DNA of 32,000 nucleotides from Methylorubrum extorquens (GTDB lineage Bacteria; Pseudomonadota; Alphaproteobacteria; Rhizobiales; Beijerinckiaceae): NCBI GenBank assembly GCA_900234795.1, contig LT962688.1, positions 3,180,001 to 3,212,000 of the forward strand, read 5' to 3'. Shown piece by piece: positions 1 to 8,600 of this stretch (position 1 is its first letter; each line of letters starts with the position of its first letter). The notes under the pieces were generated by a model. It saw only the letters and a program-made list of their open reading frames with translations, ran no database searches and was not told where the DNA came from. The position numbers and the translations under genes were made by a program.

Positions 1-759
1 GGCATCGAGCAGGAACACCGCTGGCGCTTCCAGGGTGCGGAAGGCGTCGAGCTCGCGGGCGATGTAGTCGGCCGAGAACGAGGCCTTGCTGTTCTCCTTC
101 GTGCCCCACTCGCAGAAGCGGCAGGAGAGCGGGCAGCCGCGGAAGCTTTCGAGATAGGCCACGCCCCCCTGCGGCATCAGCCCGTGCGCGTAGGGCGAGG
201 CGATCCGGTCGAGGGCGGTGATGGGCGGGCGCCGCTCGGTCCGCTGCCAGCCGGTTGCCGTCGGCAGCGTCAGCCCGCGCACCCGCTCCCACGCGGCACG
301 GTCGAGCTGCGGCAGCCGCGCGATTTCGCAGATGATCTCCTCGCCGTCGCCCTCGACCACGGCGTCGAGATAGGCATGGGCCGGGCGGTACGGTTCGAGA
401 TCGAAGAAGGCGGATCGCGCCGAGGGACCGCCGAAGACGATGGCAAGCGAGGGGCGGCGCGCGCGCAGGGCCCGCGCTACCGCGATCATGGCCGGCGCCG
501 ACCAGACATAGATCGAGAAGCCGACAAGGTCGGGCTCGAAATCCAGGATGTCCGCGACGTAAGCCTCGATATCGGCGGTGCGCCGGTCGAACAGTCGCAC
601 GGACGCGTCGGCGAGATCGGGGTCGCCGAGCAAAGCCGCGTAGATGCGCCGGATGCCGTAGCTCGGCAGCAGCAGCTCGCCGAGTTCCTGCGCATCGGGG
701 CGCGGCGTCATGCAGACGAGGGCGATGCGCCGATGCGTGGGGGAGGACGGCTCAAGCAT
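1..759 (-). CDS. B12-binding-domain (class B) radical SAM enzyme, N-terminal 253 codons only; gene continues past the left edge of the window
   Basis: Not in the ORF track because no stop codon falls inside the window. My translation of the reverse complement of 1..759 is stop-free and in frame with the window edge: MLEPSSPTHRRIALVCMTPRPDAQELGELLLPSYGIRRIYAALLGDPDLADASVRLFDRRTADIEAYVADILDFEPDLVGFSIYVWSAPAMIAVARALRARRPSLAIVFGGPSA...GVAYLESFRGCPLSCRFCEWGTKENSKASFSADYIARELDAFRTLEAPAVFLLDA. CPLSCRFC is the CxxxCxxC 4Fe-4S/SAM cluster motif. The preceding ~190 aa (LVGFSIYVWS, IVFGGPSA) resemble the Rossmann-type cobalamin-binding domain found N-terminal to the radical SAM core. The ATG at 759..757 is the first canonical start after an in-frame TGA at 864..862. 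No clear Shine-Dalgarno sequence precedes it. Confidence 0.8.
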   Translation of the reverse strand, partial: MLEPSSPTHRRIALVCMTPRPDAQELGELLLPSYGIRRIYAALLGDPDLADASVRLFDRRTADIEAYVADILDFEPDLVGFSIYVWSAPAMIAVARALRARRPSLAIVFGGPSARSAFFDLEPYRPAHAYLDAVVEGDGEEIICEIARLPQLDRAAWERVRGLTLPTATGWQRTERRPPITALDRIASPYAHGLMPQGGVAYLESFRGCPLSCRFCEWGTKENSKASFSADYIARELDAFRTLEAPAVFLLDA

Positions 760-897
760 GGTTTCGCGATGACCGGAGGGATGCCCAATGCGATCAGGCG
801 TGAGGGAAGCGAATTTAAGGCCTTGGCAGAACTCGGGAGATCTAATCGACGCGTGCCGCCTTCACATCGTCTCAAGGCCTCAGCAGACTGATTCGGG

Positions 898-1719
898 TCA
901 TCGCTTGTCGAGGCGACAATAGAGGTAGTGCAGGCAGCCGAGACGGTGCAGTTCCCGCAAGATGTCACCACCAGTCGGCTGGCCCCGTCGATCCGAGGCA
1001 ATGGTGTGATAGCTCGGCTCGGTGTTCGCGGTGGCGTCAGTCACCCGGAGGGTGAAGCCGGCGGCCTCCGCATCGCGGCGGATCGCGTCGAGCCCCGTCC
1101 ATTTGTCCGGCCAGGGGCCGAAGGCGGCTTCGAGCCCATCCGCGAACAGCGCGACCCGCTCCGGCGGCAGCGGCGGCCGGGTCAAGACGATGTCGCTCAT
1201 CACGAGAACGCCTTCCCGGGTCAGGACGCGCTGCGCCTCGCCGAAGAACGCGCGCCGGGAGGCGAAGTGGAACGCCGCCTCGACGCAGAGAAGCCGATCG
1301 AATGCGGCTTCCGCGAAGGGCAGACGGCAGGCATCGCCCGCGACCCAGGCAGCGTTGCGCGGCCGGTCATCCTGACGAAGTCCGACCGCGAGTTGGCGCG
1401 GATCGAGGTTGAGCCCGATCACGTCCACCTCGGGATCGCTCCGCCGGATCGCCCGCAGGGTGCCGCCGAAGCCGCAGCCGACATCGAGCACGCGGTGGCC
1501 CGGCGCGAGGTCGAGCCATGCGACGAGCGCCGCGCTCAACCGTTCCTGCGACTGCGCGAAACCCGCCCGCGCCCGGGTCGGCCCGACCGCCCCCGGCTCG
1601 TCCCAGTGGCCGAGATGGACATGATCGATCGCAGCGCCCTCCGCGACCGCCGCGAGGAACGCATCGAAATAGGCCGGAATCCGCGCCACTCGCCTAACCC
1701 CAGCAATGAACGGCGTCAC
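898..1719 (-). CDS. class I SAM-dependent methyltransferase (Methyltransf_11/25-like)
   Basis: 273-aa ORF. VLDVGCGFGG is SAM-binding motif I, VIGLNLD supplies the acidic post-I residue, and GDACRLPFAEAAFDRLLCVEAAFHF and REGVLVMSD fit the later class I motifs. The track start is a GTG at 1719, which overlaps the upstream gene by 26 nt. An in-frame GTG at 1689, preceded by AGG, lies 4 nt after the upstream TAG and is an equally plausible start. Confidence 0.85.
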   Translation of the reverse strand: MTPFIAGVRRVARIPAYFDAFLAAVAEGAAIDHVHLGHWDEPGAVGPTRARAGFAQSQERLSAALVAWLDLAPGHRVLDVGCGFGGTLRAIRRSDPEVDVIGLNLDPRQLAVGLRQDDRPRNAAWVAGDACRLPFAEAAFDRLLCVEAAFHFASRRAFFGEAQRVLTREGVLVMSDIVLTRPPLPPERVALFADGLEAAFGPWPDKWTGLDAIRRDAEAAGFTLRVTDATANTEPSYHTIASDRRGQPTGGDILRELHRLGCLHYLYCRLDKR

Positions 1720-2518
1720 CGGTGCGGGATCGGGCCATGAAGGAGCAGGCGGTCCAGCGCAGGCGGGCGCCTTCCACCGGTGTCACCTGATGGAGGAAGC
1801 GGCCCGAGCGCAGGAGCACGATGGTCCCCGCCTCGACGTCGAAGGCGTGGCGGGCAAAGCGCGCGAGGTCGGGCTTTTCTCGCGCGCGATCGCGATTCTG
1901 GAACCGGCCCGACCACGCCTCCGCCTTGGCGTCGAAGACTTCCAGCATCCCGCCGCGCTCGGCCTTGGACAGGGTCAGCACGAAGGAGAAGATGTCGCCC
2001 TCGACCACGCTCTCGAGGTGGCGGTAGCTCGGACGATTCTTCTGTTCGTTGTCGAAATGCGGGGGGATGTAGCCGCCCTCGTGATGCGAGCGAAGGGTCG
2101 TGGCCATGTAGGTCCGCCCATCGTGCAGAGCGGGCGGGCCGTAGGGTCGCCCGCCATCGAGGCGCGAGAGCAGGGCGAGGATGCGGGTCTCGAACCCGCC
2201 CCATGGCGCCATCAGCTCCCCGAGGCTGCGGGTGAAGCCGGGCGCCATGTCGAAGTAGGCGCGCAGATCCGGCTCCGCGAGGTTCAGGTTCATGCCGTAG
2301 AAGTGCGACCGGAACGGTGCCGGGAACGACGTCGTAGGGAAGCCCTGCCGGTTGACCGCGAGGTCTGCGACGATCGACGCGCATTCGGCGGGCGTCAGGA
2401 CGTTGCGGATGACGACGGCCTGAAGCGCATCCTCCCGCAGCCGCGTCAACGCGTCGGCATGGGCCGAGGCCTCGGCGGCGCCGATCGAGATCGTTTGCAG
2501 AAACGGCATCGCCCCCAT
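1694..2518 (-). CDS. 2-oxoglutarate/Fe(II)-dependent oxygenase, prolyl-4-hydroxylase-like double-stranded beta-helix fold
   Basis: 274-aa ORF. Three segments reproduce the HxD...H facial triad plus basic 2OG-binding residue layout of 2OG-Fe(II) oxygenases: RSHHEGGYIPPHFDNE (HxD), FSFVLTLSKAERGGMLEVF, and AGTIVLLRSGRFLHQVTPVEGARLRWTACSFM (distal His, then Arg-x-Thr). The pattern is closest to the P4H-like (PF13640-type) group. GAGGGG abuts the ATG at 2518 and sits 9 nt before a second in-frame ATG at 2509, so 2509 may be the true start. Confidence 0.75.
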   Translation of the reverse strand: MGAMPFLQTISIGAAEASAHADALTRLREDALQAVVIRNVLTPAECASIVADLAVNRQGFPTTSFPAPFRSHFYGMNLNLAEPDLRAYFDMAPGFTRSLGELMAPWGGFETRILALLSRLDGGRPYGPPALHDGRTYMATTLRSHHEGGYIPPHFDNEQKNRPSYRHLESVVEGDIFSFVLTLSKAERGGMLEVFDAKAEAWSGRFQNRDRAREKPDLARFARHAFDVEAGTIVLLRSGRFLHQVTPVEGARLRWTACSFMARSRTGDAVHCWG

Positions 2519-2617
2519 CCCCTCGCCCGGATTCCGGCGATCCTCGACCCGCCCCTGGGACCGGCTTCAGCGGCGATTACCATAGCCGAGCCGTCCGCAT
2601 CGCTGCCGCGACCATGA

Positions 2618-2657
2618 TCGAAGCCGCCGCCCGATCAAAGTCGGACGGCGGCTTCGA
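2618..2657 (-). terminator. strong stem-loop 30 nt downstream of the giant gene stop codon; possible terminator or mRNA 3'-end stabiliser
   Basis: Perfect 12-bp stem TCGAAGCCGCCG (2618-2629) / CGGCGGCTTCGA (2646-2657). It is extendable by CCGA (2631-2634) / TCGG (2641-2644) around a 6-nt loop. No U-tract follows on the minus-strand transcript, so intrinsic termination is uncertain. Confidence 0.4.
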
Positions 2658-2687
2658 GGTGTCGCCGGCCAGACTTGTGGGCCGCGA

Positions 2688-5600
2688 TCACTTCATCGGC
2701 AGCGTCGGATCACCGAAGCGCTTGGCGAGGAAGAGGATGTCGTCCTCGCTCTTCGCCTGCTCCACCAAGCTGCCCTTGGCCTCGTCGAAGAACCACGTGT
2801 CGTATTTCGACGGGTTGGAGGCCGGCCGGCTGGCGCCGCGCAGGATGATGTCGCCGCCCTCGATGGAACGGATCACCTCGTTGGCCAGCACCGGCTTATG
2901 GGCGATCGCCTCGATCGTGGCCGGGCGACCGGCGACCGAGGTCGGCGTCAGGGTGTTGGCCGCCGTCGCCGAGAAGGACGGCAGGGTCACCCCGGCATCG
3001 AACGACCAGATCGCCCGCTTCTTATGGAAGCCGATGACCTTGATGCCGCTGTCGCCTTCGCTGACCTGATCCGCGCCGGTCTGCGCCCCCTGCGGAACCC
3101 CGTATTGCGGCGCTGCAGCGTTGGGTCCGAACGGGTTCGCAGCGGAAGCGCCGTAGGTCTGCATGTAGGTCGCCAGCGACGAGGCCCCCCATTTCCCGGC
3201 GACGGCGACGCCGTAGTGGAAGTTGACGAACTGCGTTCCGACGCCGGCCGTGTTGATCACACCGATGCTGTTGGGGAACATCATCGGCGTGAAGCTGCCC
3301 TGCAGCATCCCGAGATTGGTCGGCAGCAGCACCGTGAACGAGTTCGGCCCGACCATCCGGCCGTCGGCATCGACCGTCGGCACCAGCGTCGCCTTCGCCC
3401 CGAAGATCCGGTTGTTGCCCGCGCCGCCCGCGATGACGTCCTCACCCGCCTTGATTGCGCCGGCATAGACTCCGGAGGCCGGCGGTGCCGCGTCAGGAAC
3501 GCCGAGGATGAAGCGGATATCGAACAGCACGCTCTGCAGATCGAACCGGGCATCCCGCGGAGCCCCGATCCAGCCGCGATAGGCCGCGGTCAGATTCTGC
3601 TGGCCGCCGAAGCCGAACGGGCTCCGCCAAGCGAGGCCGCCATAGAGCGGGTTGCGCCAGCTGACGACGCTCCCGGCCAAGGCGTCCCAGGCCGAGCGGT
3701 TCCAGGCATCGAGATCCCCCTCGATGCCGGTCGCACCGGCGCCGAGCACGCGGGCTTCGACCTGAGCACGATCCTCGGCGAGGGTCGCGGCCGTCGCGCG
3801 CTGGCTCTGCGTCGCATTGGCCGCCGGCAACTGGATGAAGCCGGTATCGCCGATCAGCAGATCGTTTCCGTCGCCGCCATCGATCCGGTCGTTGCCGGTC
3901 AGGAAGCTGTCGCCACGGGAGGCAATGGTGACGATCCAGTGGAGGGCCACCGACTTCAGATCGACCGGGTAGTCCACCGCGAGATGCTGCTGCATCGCGG
4001 AGAACCGCTCGCCGGCGCGGGTGAACACAGCTGCCTCGACCTGGGCCGCCTGGGACGCGGTCGCCGGATCGTGGACCGCGAGGCCGCGCGCCACGCCGGG
4101 CTGGAATAGGACGAGGGTGTCGCCGACCGCGAGGTCGTCGCCCGCGCCCCCTTCGATGATATCGTTGCCGATCGACACCACGTGGTTCGCGCCCATCCCC
4201 TCCGGCAGGCCGTAGGCGAGGATCTCGTTCAGCGGCCGTTGCGCCATCGCCTCCAGCTTCGCCGTCACCGCGGCCTGCGCGACCCGGCCCGTCATGGCGA
4301 GGTCGGTGATGACCGAGCGCATGTCGGAGAGGGCGTCGCTGAGCGCCAGGGCCGCCTCGACCGACAGGCTGCGCAGCGGCCCCGAGCCCTGCACGATGGT
4401 GCGGGCGGCATCGCCGACGATGAAATCGTCGCCCTCGCCGCCAATGATGTGATCGTTGCCGTAGGTGATCGTCCGGCTCGGCCCGCCCTGCAGCAGGTCG
4501 ACGCCGCGGCTGAGCGTAGCGAAGACGCCGAGCAGATCGGAGGCCGAGGCCGACACCTTGTCGATCTGACCGTTGAGCGCGGCGTAGGCCGTCACGTCGA
4601 GCGTGTAGGTCTCGCTGCTATCCCCGTAGATCGTGTCGTTGCCCGCGCCGCCGTCGATGACCTCGTTGCCCGCCAGCACGTTGTTGGTGCCGTAGAGGCT
4701 CGGAACCAGCGAGGCGGTGACGGTGACGATCGCGCCGTCGCTGCGCCGGATCGGATCGGACCCGGCGATGTCGGAGACGACGCCCGCCATCGAGGGATAG
4801 ACCTCGATCCGCGGCGCACCGGCGCCGAACGCGCCGGGCACGAGGTTGAGGGCGGGCACCACGACCTCGCCGCCGAGCGGCAGCACGAGGCCGGTCTCCG
4901 CCGCGGCACCGATCAGCCGGATGGCGTTGACGATGGTCGGCCGGTCGGAGGCGGTCTCCGACAGGTTCGAGGCGCGGTCGCCGTAGATCAGGTCGTCGCC
5001 GGCATCGCCGATCAGCTTGTCGTTGCCGCGCTGGCCGAACAGCACGTCGTTGCCGTCGCCGCCGGCGATGATGTCGTCGTCGGCCCTGGCCAGCGAGACG
5101 GTCAGCGCGGAGGTCGCCCAGGCTCCCCCCGCCGTGGTCAGGCGCGTGCCCGACCCGTCACGGGCGCCCACGGCGAGGACGAGGTCCGCCTGCGCCAGCT
5201 TCTCGGCAAGGTCGGCGGTGCGTGCGGCGGCCGATTGCGCGTCGGTGGCGATGGCGGCCGTGACGGTGCCGATCTCCTCCAGCACCACGTCGCGGTGCCA
5301 GGTGCCGTCGCTGTTGAGAACCGCGGCGCTGTCCTTGGTGAAGGCGCGGACGATCCGGCCCTCGTCACCGAGGAGATAATCGACATCGGTGCCGCCATCG
5401 ATCCTGTCGCGGCCGAGGCCGCCCACGATCTCGTCGGACCCTTCCTCACCGTAGATGAGGTCGTCGCCCATCTGACCGAAGATCCGGTCATCACCCGCGC
5501 CGCCGGCAATCGCGTCGTTGCCGCCGACAAAGTCGATGAGGTCGAAGCGCAGCACGTCGCGCATCACCGTGTCGGCGAAAGCGCCGGGATTGCGCTGCCA

Positions 5601-8600
5601 CGTGACCGACTTCACGTCGTCCACGAGCACGTTGCGGGTGATGACGCCGTTGTCGCCGAGGATCACGTCCGCGCCGACGCCGCCGTTGATGAGGTCGTCG
5701 CCGTCGGCCCCGCCGAGCACGTTGTGCCCGCCGGTGATGTCGTCGTCGCCCTCGCCGCCGGAGAGCCAATCGTCGCCCTGCTGGCCGTAGAGGAAGTCGT
5801 CGCCCGCGCCGCCCTCGATCGAGTCGTTGCCGCCGCCATCCGTCGCCGCCGCGAAGATCGAGACCGCGCGCTGATTCACCGGCAGAGCCCGGTCGTACAG
5901 CATGTGGTCGCCGAACAGCACGTCGTGGCCGCCGCCGCCGAGGATCACGTCGGCACCAGTGCCGCCAGCCGCGAAGTCGTTGCCGTCGCCGGCTTCGATG
6001 CGGTCGTCGCTGCCCGCGAGCGGATCGGTGGAGGCGACACGCCGGATCACCGCGCGACCCGCGACCAGGGCGAGATCCGCCCGGCCGTTGTCGCCGAGGA
6101 TCATGTCGGCGCCCGCACCGGTGATGATGCGGTCCGCGCCGACGCCGCCGAGGACGAAATTGTCGCCGTTGCCCGCCACGATCTGGTCGTCGCCGCCGGC
6201 ACTCGGGTCGATCGTCTCGAGCAAGACTAGGACGCCGCCGGAGAAGCCGGCCCGGCCCTGGTCGCCGACGAGGATGTCGTTGCCCGTGCCGGTGGTGATC
6301 GCATCACCACCCAGACCGCCGAAGACGAGGTTGTCGCCCTCGCCGGCCCGGATCGTGTCGCCCGCGCCGTTGAGGGCGTCGAGCGTCGTCACCGAGGCGA
6401 TGAGGCCGCGTTCGAACCGGGCTTCGCCGCTGTCACCCAGCACGATGTCCGCGCCGGCCCCGGTGTCGATCGTGTCGCTGCCGAAGCCGCCGAGCACGAG
6501 GTTGTCGCCTTCGCCCGCCCGGATCGTGTCGTCGCCACCCATAGCGGTGTCGGTCGAGACCGCCTGCGCGAGGCCGTCAGCGTCGCGGCGCACGAGGCCG
6601 CTGTCGCCCAGGATCACGTCGTGGCCCGAGCCGGTCTCGATCACGTCGGCATCCATGCCGCCGATGACGATGTTGGCCCCCTCATCCGCCTTGATCGCGT
6701 CCCGGCCGCCGATGCCGGCATCCAGGCTGCGCGCCTGGACGAGACGACCGCCCGCGTAGAGCACCTCGCCGCTGTCGCCGAGGATGACGTCCGCGCCGAT
6801 TTCGGTCGTGATCGCGTCGCCGCCAAAGCCGCCGAGAACGAGGTTGTCGCCCGCGCCCGCCTCGATTGTGTCGTCACCGCCCAGACCCGTGTCGGTGGAC
6901 AGAACCTGCGTGAGCAGGCCGGCCGCGTCGTAGCTGATCGAGCCGAAGTCGCCGAGGATCACGTCGGCACCCTTGCCGGTGGTGATCGTATCGGCATCCG
7001 CGCCGCCGAGGGCGAGGTTGTCGCCGTCGCCGAGGAGGAGCGTGTCCTTGCCGCCGGCGGTCGGAGCCGTGGTGGCAAGGCTGACCCGCACGCCGCCGGC
7101 GAAGACCGCCACACCGTTGTCGCCGAGCACGGCGTCGTTGCCGCCCAGCGTCGTGATCGTGTCGGCGCCGACGCCCGCGATGACGAGATTGTCACCCGCA
7201 CCCGCCTCGATCGTGTCGTCGCCGCCGATGGCCGTGTCCAAGCTCTCGGCCCGCTCGACCAACCCCTTCGCGTCGAACCGCACCTGACCGGCATCGCCGA
7301 ACACCGTGTCACGGCCCGCACCGGTCACGATCGTATCGCCACCGACGCCGCCGAGCACGACGTTGTCGCCCTCACCCGCCCGGATCGCGTCCGCATCGCC
7401 CACAGCCGCGTTCGTCGTGCGAACGAAGACCGGCAGATAGGCCGAGAGCGTCACCACGCCGTTGTCACCGAAGACCACGTCCGCGCCTGAGCCCGTGCTG
7501 ATCGTGTCGGCGCCAAAGCCGCCGATCACCACCGAGCCACCATCGCCGACCACGATGACGTCGCGGCCACCGACCTCCGGCGCCGTCGAGGTGATCTCGA
7601 CCGGCCGCGCGGACGCATCGAGATCGACGCTGCCGTTGTCGCCGAGCACCACCGAGCGGCCGGTGCCGAGCGTCAGCCGGTCGGCACCCGAGCCACCGAG
7701 CACCACTCCGTTGCCGGCGCCGAGCGTGACGGTATCGTCGCCGGACACGGCGACATCCGTGGTCTCGACCCGAACCGGGAGACCATTGGCGAGCCGCACC
7801 AAGCCGGCATCGCCGATGACGATGGCATCGCCCGACCCGCCGTCGATGAGGTCGCTGCCGGCACCACCGATGACGAGCTTGCGGCCGTTGCCGAGCTTGA
7901 TCGTGTCAGCCGCGCCGATAGTCGGCGTCAGCGTCTGGATCAGGGTGAGAACCCCCGCCGCGTAGTCGAGCTGGCCGCTGTCGCCGAGCACGGTCTTGGC
8001 GCCGTCGGCGGCGGTGATCGTGTCGGAGCCGAAGCCGCCGAGGACCGTGTCACTGCCGTCGCCCGCGGTGATCGTGTCGTTGCCGCCCAGGCCCGTATCG
8101 GTGGACAAGATCTGCGCGAGCAGGCCGGCCGCGTCGTAGCTGATCGAGCCGAAGTCGCCGAGGATCACGTCGGCCCCGTTGCCCGTGGTGATCGTGTCGG
8201 CATCCGTGCCGCCGAGGGCGAGGTTGTCGCCATCGCCGAGGAGGAGCGTGTCCTTGCCACCGTCAGCCGGAGCCGTGGTGGCAAGGCTGACGCGGACACC
8301 ACCGGCGAAGACCGCTGTACCGTTGTCGCCGAGCGCAGCGTCGTTGCCGCCCAACGTCGTGATCGTGTCGGCGCCGAGGCCTGCGATGACGAGATTGTCA
8401 CCCGCACCCGCCTCGATCGTGTCGTCGCCGCCGATGCCCGTATCCAGGCTCTCGGCCCGCTCGACCAGGCCCTTCACATCGAAGCGGACCTGACCGGCAT
8501 CGCCGAACACCGTGTCGCGGCCGGAGCCCGTCACGATCGTATCGCCACCGACGCCGCCGAGTACGACGTTGTCGCCCTCGCCCGCCCGGATCTCGTCCGC

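Noticed and set aside
708-1001. Minus-strand 97-aa ORF spanning the methyltransferase to radical SAM spacer
   Set aside because: It overlaps the 3' end of the methyltransferase and the 5' end of the radical SAM gene out of frame. It has no motif, and the radical SAM frame with ATG at 759 explains the region better.
184-2617. Plus-strand ORFs 184..891, 928..1740 and 1706..2617, plus nested smaller ORFs
   Set aside because: Each is antisense to a minus-strand gene with clear enzyme motifs (CxxxCxxC radical SAM, VLDVGCGFGG methyltransferase, HxD...H oxygenase). Their own translations are Arg/Gly/Ala/Pro-rich with no motif.
2519-2617. Sigma-70-type promoter for the enzyme cassette between the hairpin and the oxygenase start
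   Set aside because: The only candidate is a weak TATGGT-like -10 without an acceptable -35 at 16-18 nt spacing. That is not enough to call, and read-through from the giant gene remains equally possible.
1-2687. RTX-toxin accessory genes (HlyC/CyaC-type acyltransferase, ABC exporter, membrane fusion protein) downstream of the giant gene
   Set aside because: I looked for them in all frames of the 3' flank. The three ORFs present have oxygenase, methyltransferase and radical SAM motifs instead, so no such call can be made within this window.
2614-3069. Plus-strand 151-aa ORF starting in the intergenic hairpin region
   Set aside because: Most of it is antisense to the C-terminal codons of the giant gene. 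Its start lies just upstream of the hairpin stem and the ORF runs through it, and it has no recognisable domain or ribosome-binding site.
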